Assembly (NCBI RefSeq): GCF_006345805.1
Contig: NC_043000.1
Location: 33,108,001-33,172,000 of the forward strand
DNA: 64,000 nt
Reading direction: 5' to 3'
From: Octopus sinensis
Lineage: Eukaryota
A program made the translations under genes and the position numbers. The notes under the pieces are model-generated. The model did not search any database and was not told the origin of the DNA. It worked only from the letters and a program-made list of their open reading frames with translations. Positions 1 to 13,047 of the stretch are shown here, one piece after another (the first letter of the stretch is position 1; every line of letters begins with the position of its first letter).

Positions 1-89
1 TATGCATTCTCATGCATATAGTTGCATGTCTAGATATACCAATATATACTTAAATGATGTTAGTATATATGTATGTACGCCATCATTTG

Positions 90-200
90 CTTTATTTCAA
101 GATTTCTTGCCAATAGAGAAAGAACCGGTTTCTAACCTAGATCCAAGGCTCTTCCACTGGAATTTCAACATCAACAACAGCGTATTTTTGTATGTATGCA
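90..200 (-). mobile_element. 3' UTR fragment of an RLE-type non-LTR retrotransposon family
   Basis: ccaatagagaaagaaccggtttctaacctagatccaagg... recurs at about 9100-9175 and 51345-51455, and in reverse at about 11840-11905 directly after the RLE coding remnant. Confidence 0.6.
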
Positions 201-211
201 TGTATGTTGCA

Positions 212-825
212 TGATCGGGTCGTCGGCGACTAAACCGACAACCCCACCAAGCAAACTTAGTGAGGAGGGTGTTCATTGGATACCCTGCGGGATGAAAAAC
301 AAAACCCGTCAAAGGGCGGAGGAACGCTTGAGAGTCAACGGCCATCCAATAAAAGTAGTTTTTTTTTTCTTCTTATGGCTTAAGGCTGTATCATGCGCGG
401 AGACATAGAAATAATCGGACTGAATACCCGATCGCGCGGTTAAACCATTGGGAGTGAAGGACTCCTAGCCTTTGTTAGGGCATCCTTCTAGGAGAAGGTA
501 ACTCAGGTAACTGGGCTAACTCCGACATAAAAACTGCGGCTCAGTGGTTACCGATTATGTTGACTTGCTCTTCTTTTCGGATTATGGCTGCTGTTGCTTA
601 GTGAGTGGGATCGACTCAGTGTACAGCCTTTCCTCACTTAAAAAAAAATCTTCATGCACAGGCATTGCACGATAGCAACATTGTTCATAATTGTTGATAG
701 TGCTGTGAGTCTCAACTGAATAGCTGGCTGTAGCCTTAAAAAGCAAATAAAAGTCACATTCGATAACAGCACCAATAACAGTTAAGCTTCGTGCAATGGC
801 CATACTCGATAACGAGGGGTCAGCC
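212..825 (+). mobile_element. Probable 5' region of an RTE-clade LINE
   Basis: GC-richer block with the motifs gggcggaggaa and ttctaggagaaggtaactc, resembling RTE 5' UTRs (from recall, not aligned). Confidence 0.4.
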
Positions 826-828
826 ATC

Positions 829-859
<31 letters not shown>

Positions 860-921
860 TGTATGTATGTATGTATGTATGTATGTATGTATGTATGTAT
901 GGATGGATGGATGGATGTATG

Positions 922-957
<36 letters not shown>

Positions 958-1034
958 GATTTGTATGTTTTGTTCTATGTATGTATTCTCATGCATATAG
1001 TTACACATCTAGACATGCTCATATATATCTGAAT

Positions 1035-2072
1035 GATAAACGCCTGGGACGTTTTACAGATTTTTACAGTTCCAGTGATGGACTGAATCTGTAATCTTCG
1101 AACTAGCTTCTTCTTTCTGGTTTTTTAGAAGCCTAATCTCTCGAGATTGGTATTTAGCAAACCTGGGCACCAAATTGTTAATCTGCTAATCGTTAAATAA
1201 CGAAGTTAACATTTTTGTTAACGATTTAACTTTTAAGTTTTCTGTGGAAATCATTGTCAGATTAATTAACTTCCGTTACATTTAATTCCGTTAACTTAAG
1301 TCAACTTAAGTTAACTTCCGTTAACTTCAATTCGATTGAAGTGAACGGATTTTATAGTTTTGGCACTGTTTAAAGGAGTTTTGGGTGGTTTTAGACCAAA
1401 AACTGAATTTTTGTACTTTTCTATAATAAGAATTAACGTTAACTGTTTATCGATAACTTCTTTTACATTAGGAAATTATTAACTAATTAACGGTTATCGA
1501 AGTTAACTTATTTGGTTAACGGATTGACAGTTATGAACTTAACTTTCGATTAACGGTGCCCACCTTTGGTATTTAGGCAGTGTGTTACATATCCCAGGGC
1601 CCCAATAATTACAGGTATAAACCTGAGCTTGTAATCTGGAAAGAATAACTGCAGATTTCTCAATAATTCTGCATAGGTTTTTTTTTCACTGATCTTCAGC
1701 TTTATGTCAACATCCACTGGACAGCTAATTTCCACAACTCTGCTCAGTTTCTCTTCTCTATCACGAATCATTATGTCAGGTTTATTGTGTATACATTTTA
1801 TTGAAGTTTTCACTGGAAAATTCTACAACTACTCCCTTTTAGTACGAGTGGCTATGGCTTTTACCATATTGTGGGTTCTTATTTCTTTGTCTTCGGGATT
1901 ATCTTTCCAACGGATTTCGTTATAGAGTGTCCTAGCTACGACGTCATGTCTCATCGGTAGAAAATATCGTGATGACATTTTCGGACAACTGCTTACGATA
2001 TGGGTGATATCTTCAGTGTGAACTCCACAAAGTCTGCATCGGCTGTTGCACTTTACTACTTTTCCTACAGTA
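1035..2072 (-). mobile_element. Degenerate RLE non-LTR retrotransposon 3' end, interrupted by a hAT MITE
   Basis: CRLCGVHTEDITHIVSSC zinc knuckle, RHD motif, KPDIMI...VEISCP nuclease motif and IPVIIGALG. Abuts (TATG)n. Confidence 0.85.
1158..1568. mobile_element. hAT-type MITE
   Basis: TIRs CAAACCTGGGCACC / GGTGCCCACCTTTG (12 of 14 match). 8-bp TSD GTATTTAG at 1150-1157 and 1569-1576. Many internal GTTAAC motifs. Confidence 0.85.
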
Positions 2073-2268
2073 AAATATATACATGTATGTATGTATGTAT
2101 GTATGTATATGTATGTATGCATGTATGGATGGATGTATTTATATATGTATGTTATCTGTTTATCTGTTTATCTATCTATATCTATCTATATATGAACATA
2201 CATGCACACGTACATTTTTGCATACATATCTATCAATATACGTATGTAGATATCTATGAGCTTATATA

Positions 2269-2332
<64 letters not shown>

Positions 2333-3859
2333 GTGTTAATGTATACAAACACATTTATATATACGCACACACATGCACACATGCACACGCACATGTAAAG
2401 ATATGAAAGAAAAAACAATCAATGCACAAAATCAAGGTATACCAGTATAGAGTCAAGATATTAGGTTTTGAAGGCGACCGACGTTTTGGAGACTTGTACT
2501 TTGTCATGCTGGATGCAAAAGGGAAGGCAAAATTTTGCAAGGAAGAAATCTCTCTACCTCAGACTAACACCCTCAATCTGCACTGAATCGTTATTCTTCT
2601 TAATTATACTTCTACAATTATAATTATAATTATCGTAACAATAAATAATTAACATATAATATTTTAGTTTGGTGCTGGGTCTTAATAGAAGTACGTACAC
2701 TGCTGTTTTAATCCGCTTACCATCGTAATAATATGAAACCACCGTTATCTCATTGGTGAAGTGAGCTATCTTACTTCCTTTTATATGACACGGTATTTAT
2801 AGAAGGATAAAGTAATGAGACGGTGTTGTGGCATTCATGCTCTTTTCTAACAGATATTGAGCAAGTGACTGAAACGAAAAGGCTGCCACAATAAATCGCA
2901 TCTTCAGCATTTATCTAGTTTATGTCGTTTGTCGCCATTTCTCCAGTTTAGAATTTTCCGATTAATACTTCTTTCAGGGTCGGGTGAATCACTACCAATT
3001 ATTTTAATTAATTTTACTAATATTTGGGATCACTTTTAACAGTGAATTATATGTATTTGTCAAATAAAATTATCCGGCACATCTTGGGAATCTTAGTGAT
3101 ATATTTCGGCTCAACTAGCTACGAATCTTGGACCCAATTTAGAAGACTCGATCCAAGTGAATTCCACGATATTCCACAACAGATATTTATATTTGATTAT
3201 TTATTATAAAACTAGAAGTGAAAGAGATGGGTGTATAGATTATAAACCACTTAATCAGTTCAAATACACTTTAGAAATTTTGCTCTGTTTGCGGATGGAA
3301 TTTTTAAAAGAATATTCTCACAGTTCTACGAGACGTGGACAAGTGTTTATGACTGATCTTAGAATGTTAGTAACAATAAACTAGAGTTCTATTGACAGAT
3401 AGAATTGGAGACCTCATGCACTGCACCTTTGCTACGTTTGGTCTTGTGACCTTAGACTTTATTGATTACAAAAGACAAATATTGATTATAAAAGACAAAT
3501 CAATACTTTATTAATAATTTATTCAATTGCTCTTTTTTTCATTTATTGATTCATTTTTTTTTTCAGTTTCCTCGACGGGAAATTCTGTGGAATGACAGTG
3601 TCACTTGTAAGGGTGTATACATGTATACATGAGTGTGCAGTTAAAGGATAACTGGGAATAGACAAACAAAAATAACAACAATGAATTAATTTTACGTGTT
3701 TCAGATAATAAAAGTCTAGAATAAATTAAAATGTTTGGAGATAACACCATTTCAACAGAACATCTTCCATTCGACAACTCTCAGCTCCGTTCCACATTCT
3801 TATTTATTTCTTCTCCGCTAACGATATCATTTCTTATGCGCACGTAAGAAGGCCGGCAA

Positions 3860-4060
3860 TTTTGAGAGGAGGAGGAGGAGGAGGAGGTCAATCGATCACA
3901 TCGCTCCGATAATTGACTGGCGCTTTATTTTATCGACTCTCAAAAAGATGAAAGGCGAAATTGATCTCGGTGAGATTTGAACTCAGGAAACAAAGGGCGG
4001 GGAAGAAATATGCAAGGCATTCTCCCGAAACTTTACTGATTCGGTCAGCTTATCGCTTCT
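3860..4060 (-). mobile_element. Degenerate tRNA-derived SINE (family 1)
   Basis: Diverged match to the gatgaaaggcaaagtcgacctcggcggaatttgaactcag core seen in better copies. Confidence 0.55.
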
Positions 4061-4149
4061 CTGTATGCATACAGCTTCATTAATAAAGCATATTACTCTA
4101 CCTCCGGTATTCGAGTACTATTTTATCTACCTTGTTTCACACTTATGTG

Positions 4150-4228
<79 letters not shown>

Positions 4229-4233
<5 letters not shown>

Positions 4234-4452
4234 AGATAAGAAAATGGAGAAATACATCTAAATAAAATATCAATTACCAGATTATACTCAGTCACATACT
4301 TTATTAAACCACCACATAAGAGACTGTAGGGTTTGCTTTTTATATCTAACCCTACAGTCTCTTATGTGGTGGTTTAATAAAGTATGTGATTGAGTATTAT
4401 CTGGTAATTGATATTTGATTTAGATGTATTTCTCCAGTTTCTTATCTTGTAT
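4229..4452. repeat. Long foldback (inverted repeat) next to a (TA)n tract
   Basis: Arms of about 105 bp (about 4229-4333 and 4348-4452) with few mismatches and a loop of about 14 nt. Confidence 0.9.
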
Positions 4453-4624
4453 TAGTAATTTGTGGTAAATCATTTTACCTTTGCCCATATAATACAGTAA
4501 ATGAATTGATTGCATCGCAATCATTAACATTTATGTATTAACTTTGTTGGGTACTTCACTAGCAGTATATTGGATATATATTATCCCATGGAGGGTTGCA
4601 TTTACAACCCCTATCTCAATTTGT

Positions 4625-4657
<33 letters not shown>

Positions 4658-4754
4658 TCATATATGATCATGGTATCGTCAAGGAGAATGGAAGATTATA
4701 CATATTCAAAATTTGTTTATTACAGTATTATTCTCAATACAGTATTATAACAGT

Positions 4755-4894
4755 AAGTAGCTTGCTTCCCAATCATATGGTTCTGGGTTCAGTCTCACTG
4801 CCTGACACCTTGGGTAAGTGTCTTCTACTATAGCCTCGGGTCGACCAAAGCCTTGTGAGTGGATTTGGTTGGTGGAAACTGAAAGAAGCCCGCC

Positions 4895-4948
<54 letters not shown>

Positions 4949-5155
4949 ATGATTGTGTGTTTATGTTTGTCTCCCCACCATCGCTTGACAACTGATGTTG
5001 GTGTGTTTACGTCCCCGTAGGTTAGCGGTTCGGCAAAAGAGGCCGACAGAATAAGTACTAGGCTTACAAAGAATAAGTCCTGGGGGTCAGTTTGCTCGAC
5101 TAAAAGCGGCGCTCCAGCATGGCCGCAGTCAAATGACTGAAGCATGTAGAAGAAT
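4755..5155 (+). mobile_element. tRNA-derived SINE (family 2) with internal (TA)n/(TG)n
   Basis: B-box-like gggttcagtc and the body ccttgggtaagtgtcttctactatagc...ctccagcatggccgcagtc. A reverse-oriented homologue lies at 58720-59085. Confidence 0.75.
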
Positions 5156-7045
5156 TAAATTTAATGTGAATTCAATGAGAATAATCTTTTAATAAAGAAC
5201 TTTTGAGGCTGTAATCTCTTTTCTTCTTTAGGATGTCTTGGTTCTGCCTGTTGTAGGAAACGCAATGAAGCAAGGAACTCAGGATCAATCGATCTAGTGA
5301 AGGACTGTGTGATTGTTTATCTTACACAGCTGTGTATGTTCCCTATCATTCGATGTGGTTAGTCACGTCTGGATTGTATCAGAGTGCTTATAAGGTACTT
5401 GCTCGGATTCCAAATCCTTATTCTCTTACGTTTGTTATAAGTATTCAAAAATTCTCTAGAAAATGTGAAATAATTCCTTTTTTGGAACTGGATCTCGAAG
5501 CATATTATAAATAATGCTATGTAAATATTAGATAAAGAAAAAAGTCGAAGGGTACCCGTGGGACTGGAAACCACATCTTCTTTTGACATGTAAGGTGTTC
5601 TACCAATGGACCAAAGTAAACCACCGAATTTCTGCCTCCAATTTAGAAAGTTCATTCTTACTAACACAAATTGCACGTTGTTGACGTCATAAATTGGATG
5701 GAAAGATTCGAAAGAATACATTGCTCCAATAGTAGAATTCCAGTCGTATACACAAGAGATGCGAGTTCGAATCATACGGGTAACCAACTTTTTCTATCTA
5801 ATGCGTTTTTTGATCCAATATTTACATGCGATTATTTATAGCTTTGTGTGCTTCGAGATCCCTTAATCAAAACTATATATATGCATACATACATAATACA
5901 AACATATATACATACATACATATACACACACATACATATATATGTACATATACTCACACGCACATATACATGTGTGTGTAACTTTTGATAAAAAAGAACT
6001 CAATAAGTAAAATGGAGAACACTGTTCGTCTCATTTGAAACACGGGATTTTTACCTGCAATTTTATCTCTCAGGTGGTTCGCGGTCGCTGTGGTCGACAT
6101 TTTGCGAAAAGCGAAAGGCGAAACTTTGAGTATGCGCCATATTTCACTCGAAGCAGAGAAGAGAAACAGAAGTAGCTGCTCACCTATATTTAGCTTTGAA
6201 TATAAGTTACTATACTTCACCGGTATTGAGTACTTGTTCGCTTAATTACATTCAGACACGCGTGGAGTCATTCAGTCACTCCATACACACACACACACAC
6301 ATACACACACACATACACACACGCACGCACGCACATTATATCATCTCGTTTGAAATTGGTTCAATCGAACTGGACTACTTTCAAATGTAGTACTCAATAC
6401 ATGATACAAGTATAGAGTTCATACTCTAAAAGAATGATACAACAACCGTTTCGATTGATTTGCCCATTATCGAGTGCTCTACTCAATAATGACCCGATTG
6501 TTCGATACTATCGTTGTGCCATATCGCACACACACACACTCCCCCACACACACGCACACACATATATGTGTATATACATATGTATAGTATATGTATGTGT
6601 GTGTGTATATATATATATATTGATAATGTGATGTATATAAAATGTGATATTTATATATAATATGATATATACGTATACATATATGTATATTCGTACTCTC
6701 ACACACATATAACGGCGTTCCATCTCTTTGGATATTAATAACGTGCATCTGTATAAAACATGACAAATATGGTAAATCAAGAATTCGTCTTATGATAAAC
6801 ATTCCGATAGTTTTTACCTCGAAAGTCCTCTTTGTATTTTTTTTATATATTTATTTAGTTTTTGTTTTGTTAACTTTATAATTAATCATTTTTATCTGTC
6901 ATTAATAAACGTTTCATGATTTCTGTATTCACACATCGAACGTCTTATGTTTTTATTTCGTTTTATTTTCTTCTGATTTTTATTATTTAAATATGAATTC
7001 AGAAGAACGTAATTAAATATATTCCAACTTTCGGATCTGTGTCTT

Positions 7046-7413
7046 TTATGGTGATTTTCCAGGAGGTACATGATTCGCCGAATGTGCCAGCAGCGAGGGA
7101 AATGCACTAGACCAAGCAAAGCCAGAAGCCGACATCAAGTGACTGGTATTTGACAGTGAAGATGTTAAATATGGATATGAAAGAACGGGAGGATAGAAAA
7201 ATTGGGGGCCTGCGCACAAGGGAAATCTGTAGGCTGCCCCGAAATTGGGTAGATCGCTTTTTTCCGCTTTAATGTCTAGTTTGTGGCTTGTTAATTTCCG
7301 TCGTTTTGCTAACGATGACTCTGTGGAGCATAATTCTATATCAAGGTCTGTTTTCTTGGAACTGTCACTTGAAGACATCGCTCGACTTGGGGTCTCATCA
7401 TCAGTGCCACCAT
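7046..7413 (-). CDS. Poxn: Probable terminal coding exon of Poxn
   Basis: Acceptor tgtcttttacAG at 7414-7415 is phase 1, matching the donor at 31286 (G+AT = Asp). Non-repetitive ORF DGGTDDETPSRAMSSSDSS...LAKRRKL...FFYPPVLSYPYL...PPGKSP-TAA with an NLS-like KRRK. Minus-strand AATAAA motifs follow at about 6950-6990. Linkage to the upstream exons is inferred from phase and composition only. Confidence 0.7.
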
Positions 7414-7428
7414 CTGTAAAAGACAGAC

Positions 7429-7494
<66 letters not shown>

Positions 7495-7495
<1 letters not shown>

Positions 7496-7890
7496 TGTAT
7501 GATAATCGAGAGAAAGAACATGTATGATAATCGACATAGCATTCCCCGGTGACAACAGGCTCAAAGTGAAAAAATAAAAAAATGAACAACTATGACGATT
7601 TGAAGCGGGAAATTCGAACGTTGTGGTCAATGAAGGGAGTAGACGTGATATCAATAGTAATTGGTGCACTTTGAAGTATCAGCACTCAATTACCAACATG
7701 GCTGAAAAAGATTGGTGCAAATGTGAAGGTAGAACACCTAAGAGAAATCAGTATCCCTTGGAACTGCAAGAATTCTTCTCAGGCTTCTCGAAGCATGACC
7801 AGTAAAACAAGTGTCACCTTAGTCTGCTGGCTGTGGACAGCTGACACTTTCCATCATACCCAGCAAAATAAGCTGTGAGCTTTCATATAT
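7495..7890 (+). mobile_element. 5'-truncated R4/Dong-like RLE retrotransposon inserted in (TAA)n
   Basis: Frameshifted IIDIAFPGDNR...YDDLKREIRTLWSMKGVDVISIVIGAL...LGTARIL remnant, with (TAA)n on both sides. Confidence 0.75.
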
Positions 7891-7959
7891 AATAATAATA
7901 ATAATAACGATGATTTATTTATTTAATGATACCAAGTTCCAAATAGATAAAGCAGAGAA

Positions 7960-8400
7960 TCACTCTTTTGTAGGATGTGTGGCAACAAAAACGAAACAAT
8001 CCCACAAGTTGTGAGTGAGTATAACAAATAGGCTCAAAGAGAACAATAAAGGGAAGCAGGAGAACATGGCTAAGTTTGTTCGCTGGAGATTATGTGAGGA
8101 AAACGGTCCTGGAAGAACACGGAAATAGTACGACCATAAACCGGGTGTCACCAATAATAATGAATATAAAATCTTATGCGATTTTACAATCCAGTGTGAC
8201 TCACTAATCGATGCTCGGTTACTAGACATTGATATAGTGGATGAAAGGAAGAAGGAAACGAAGATCATAGATGTACGAGTGAGTGATAAAGAGCTGGAAA
8301 AAATGGGAAACTACAAGCTACTAAAAGACAAAATTTCACCAATGTGGGCAATGAAGAGGCTTTTACAGAATTGGGGAAAGGAAATAACTGGTATTAGAAA
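7960..8400 (+). mobile_element. Second RLE retrotransposon fragment
   Basis: Remnants of the zinc knuckle region, an FVRWRLC motif, ILCDFTIQCD, and DIDIVDERKKETKIIDV. Confidence 0.6.
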
Positions 8401-8647
8401 TTTATGTAAGACGTGCGTTAAATATCTGACCGAAGCAGTCTTGTTTCTGTTTTACTAACTTCTGAGGGTGAGCTGATCATCGAGAAAAACAGTTTTTCCA
8501 CTACCTTACACTTTTTGGTTATATCATTTCTGCTGGACAAAACTGTGATGTTTATGATCTGTGTGTAAATCATTGCTTTCCTTAAGCATTTGGATAACTG
8601 GATATCGGAGTCATTTCATTGACCTTTCAGAATTCTCTCATTATATA

Positions 8648-9000
8648 TGGGACAAGAACGCAAAAACGTCAAGACAGTTAGGTAATACAAAAACGGGGAC
8701 AACAAAACATCCAGATAGTCGATACAAAGAAAACAAGGATAGGTCATTCGGAGTTTTCTTTCTTCAGTGGAGTTCCAGACCATCGTTGCAATTTTAGCTG
8801 GTTATACTCAAGATTGCTCCAATCTGGCCAGCCCCAAGAAAAAAACTAAGCTAAGAGCATTAGATTCCTTGGAAGAAAGCAGAAAAATGTATACGAAAAC
8901 AAGGACGGAAAAAAACGGAGAATGTTACACAAATACAAATAACAGGACATAACAACAGGTGTCTTTCGACTAAGGACGAATTAAATTAAGCTGGCGTGTT
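8648..9000 (+). repeat. Unclassified dispersed repeat (second copy at about 51918-52245)
   Basis: gggacaagaacgcaaa...gctccaatctggccagcc.caag.aaaaactaagcta.gagcattagatt is shared by both loci. Confidence 0.7.
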
Positions 9001-9079
9001 TGGAAGTAAAGCCTTACGGCGGGGATACAAGATTTCACAGCACAGGCGACCCGAACCATACATCTATGTACGTCGTTAT

Positions 9080-9835
9080 TTAGTTTTGTTTCAAATTTCA
9101 CACGCCAATAGAGAAAGAGCAGGTTTCTAACCTAGAATCATGGTTCTTTCATTGGAATTTCAACATGATATTTTTGTATATAATATATTATATATATATA
9201 TATATATATATAGTACAATTATATTCTATATATATATATATATATATATATGATATATTATAGATATATATATATATTCATATAATATATAATAAATATA
9301 TATATATATCTATATATATATATATATATATATGCATGCGTGTATGTCTGTAGTTTTTCGATTCAGCTTTCTCCTCTATAGTTTTCAGAAGCCTAATTTC
9401 TCAAGGTTGGTATTTTGGCAGTGTGTTACATATTTCAGGGCTCCATATCTAGACATTCTCATAAATATATTTAAATAATATACTTCTGGAAAGTTTTACA
9501 GACTTTTACAATTCCAGTGATGGATTGGATTTGTAGTCTTCGAATCAGCTTCCTCCTTTCTGGTTTTGAGAAGCCTAATTTCTCAAGATTGGTATTTAGG
9601 CAGTGTGTTACATATCCTAATACCCCAATAATTACAGGTTTAAACCTGAACTTGTAATCTGGATAGAATAGCTGCAGATTCCTCAATAGTTCAGCATAGG
9701 TGTTCTCTTTTTCAGTGATTTTCAGCTTTATGTCAACATACGCTGGGCAGCTGATTTCCACAACTCTGCTCAGTTCCTCTTCTCTATCTCAAATCATTAT
9801 ATCAGGTCTGTTGCGCGTATATTTCATGATGTTGG
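9080..9835 (-). mobile_element. RLE non-LTR retrotransposon 3' fragment
   Basis: EISCPAYVDIKLKITEKENTYAELLRNLQLFYPDYKFRFKPVIIGVLG...KVCKTF plus the 3' UTR. Same family as 1035-2072. Confidence 0.85.
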
Positions 9836-10042
9836 GTAATGTATGTTGTTATTATGATGTATTGTATGTATGTATGTATGTATGTATGTAGTATGTATGT
9901 GGTATGGTAGTATGAATGCTTTTTTGTGTGTATTATGTATGTATGTATGTATGTATGTATGTATGTATGTATGTTGTGTGTAATGTGTGTATGTATGTAT
10001 GAATGCCTGCATGTATGTGTGTGTGTATGTATGTATGTATGC

Positions 10043-10109
<67 letters not shown>

Positions 10110-10134
10110 CATCCATCCATCCATCTATCCATCC

Positions 10135-10227
<93 letters not shown>

Positions 10228-10763
10228 CATCTGTATGTATACACACACATACATACAGGTACGCGCACAAATATGAAACTATTTTGGGATCAAGTCAGTC
10301 ACTTGTTACTCTTTATTTTGCCTCTGCGCACAAGGTCTCCAGACAAATCTCGACATTCATATATAAATAAATGCAATACATACATATATATATACAAATG
10401 TTTGTGTGTGTATGTATGTTTAAGCATGTATATAAAAGTATATATATACACCTCGCATAAATGTTTGTATTTATGTAACAACTTTACATTACTGTAGGGA
10501 ATTATCCAATACATTTTGTAGTGTGCATATGGATAATATTTGCACAGAAATAGTGGTGACAGGGATTTCGAAGTTTCGGCAATATGGTACGAGTGAATAT
10601 ATCACTCTGAGGTGATCATGTTAAGTACAGAACCATCTCCATTACTTTCAGTAGAACCATGTGAATCAAAATTGTTTACCACTGCTTCCCCAAGGAAAAA
10701 GGAAACATGTGCCCTACCATAAAGGGTAAAATTAATTTAGTAGTCTACAAGTATGCGCACGCA

Positions 10764-10816
<53 letters not shown>

Positions 10817-11062
10817 TATACACATCCAAGCGTGCGTGTGTGTTTAAAAGAAATTTTAATTTGAAACTTAGTTGGAAGTTTCATTTCTTACTCACGGCCC
10901 CATTTTTCAACTGACCCTAAGCCTTCACCAAAGTACTATCCCGTCCTCAAATAAACACTGGTCGAACGTTACCGCAGATTTCGATCACTTAAGTTTCCAG
11001 GAGTTAACTCCCTTGCTTCTTTTTTTTTTACCTTTTAATGATTAGTAGCGTTAAAAAACAAA

Positions 11063-11475
11063 CATACATACATACCTACATACATACACACACACATGCA
11101 TACGTACATGCATACGTACATGCATACACATATACATACATACATGCATACATACATACATACATGCATACGTACATGCATACTTACGTACATGCATACA
11201 TACGTACATACATACATACATACATACATGCATACATATATATATACATACAAACATACAAACATACATACATACAAACACACATACAAACATACAAACA
11301 TACATACATACATACAAACAAACATACATACAAACATACAAACAAACATACATACAAACATACATACAAACATACATACAAACATACATACATACATACA
11401 TACATACATACATACATACATACATACATACATACATACATACATCATACATACATGCATACATACATACGTACG
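11063..11475. repeat. (CATA)n/(CAAA)n microsatellite
   Basis: Directly visible. Confidence 0.95.
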
Positions 11476-11477
11476 TA

Positions 11478-11910
11478 CAATAAGCCGGATATTGTTACTT
11501 GGGATACACAAAAAAAAAACCTATGTACCGCCACATAGGTCACCTGACCTGCTGATGTGAATATCTCTTTGGAAATCAAAGAAGATAACTACGGACAACT
11601 GCTTCGAAACCTCCATCTTTTTTATCCGGATTATAAATTCACATTTATACCAATAATAATAATTGGAGCACTCGGTTTTGTAATTAAATGCCTAACTATC
11701 GGTCTGGATAAGCTTGGATTTTCAGAAAAAAGAAATGCTCCAACTGATTCGGACATTACAAATACAGAGTGTAAGTGAAGCAGTGAAACTATGCAAGACT
11801 TTTCTCGGGTTTAAAATGTGGCAGAGTTTTGTTATCTACATTTCAAAGATGGAGCTTTGTATATTTGTTAGAAACCAGCTCTTTCTTCACAGAAGAAGGA
11901 ATTTAAATGA
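11478..11910 (+). mobile_element. RLE non-LTR retrotransposon 3' fragment
   Basis: NKPDIVTWD...YGQLLRNLHLFYPDYKFTFIPIIIIGALG...KLCKTF, starting immediately after (CATA)n. Confidence 0.8.
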
Positions 11911-11936
11911 TTAAATACTGAAGAGTCTCACACACA

Positions 11937-12003
<67 letters not shown>

Positions 12004-12641
12004 TACACACACACATCTTTGTATGTATGTGTATATGTATATACAGATATATCTGTATACCTATGTATGTATGTATGTATGTATGTATGTATGTTATGTA
12101 TGTATGTATGTATTTAGGGTAAGAGCTAACTATGGGTTGTTTGACTGAGGTTAATGGAAGAGGGGACGTTGTTTTGTGGGGAGTGAACATGTTATTGCAC
12201 TTGGCATGATGGTAAGTTCAGAATGAATAGGGGTTTAGAAAGAGATGTACCTTGTAAGGAGTTCGAGATAAAATTGGTTGTAAATATGGACACTTTTTAT
12301 GTGAGTTCTGTTTTCAGAGCCGTCATGTTTGAGAAGCTACAAAGAAGATTCCCCGAAGTTGAAAGAGAGCATTTTGGAAAAAGACCAGAAGTCTTCGGCC
12401 ACATGTTGAGGGCTGTTCGATGCGCAAAGCCATACTTGGCGGTTCGGATGATAGTCGTATGTATGTAGTATATATGTACGTTTGTACATGTACACGCAAG
12501 CGTACACACTATATGGTCCGTGTAAGGGAGGTAATCGCGTAGCTAGTTTAGCAAATGGGTGGGAAAGCTTTGGGAAGAAAAAAAAAACTGAATAACAAGC
12601 AAAAGAAAAGAAAAAAGAGAAAAGGATGAACGGTAAGTTCA

Positions 12642-12656
12642 AGGTCAGCCTGACCT
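12642..12656. promoter_or_regulatory. Perfect IR3 palindrome matching the consensus estrogen response element
   Basis: AGGTCA-GCC-TGACCT. Function is untested. Confidence 0.35.
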
Positions 12657-13047
12657 TTTATGAAGATATTTATCCACTCTGGTACTTTAGGGAGCTCTGT
12701 TGAGACGAATGATACCCATCACTGTATATGACCATGGGTCCTAACAGTTGTTACAGGGCGGTCTAGCGGGGACGGAGCTATTGACAAGAATACGCAACAA
12801 ACGATTCTAAAAACACTGTCTTCGGTGGTTAGACAGTGTTAATAACACTTTCTAATTTAGGCCATGGATTATGGTGAGGGTGGGGAGACAGGTCAATTAC
12901 ATCAATTCTAGTATTTGCTTGGTACTATATTTTCTCATCGAGATTTGAACCCACAGCCTAAATGGCCGTAACTATTGAACCTGTCCCGTGGTGTGAAATC
13001 TCGACGAAGGATCTTCGGAGTGAACTTTAGTAGACAGAAGCTTCCCT

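Noticed and set aside
2870-5800. Very degenerate Penelope RT-like peptides (YKPLNQFKY near 3240 and IPFLELDL near 5470)
   Set aside because: The motifs are too short and disrupted to support a call without a profile search.
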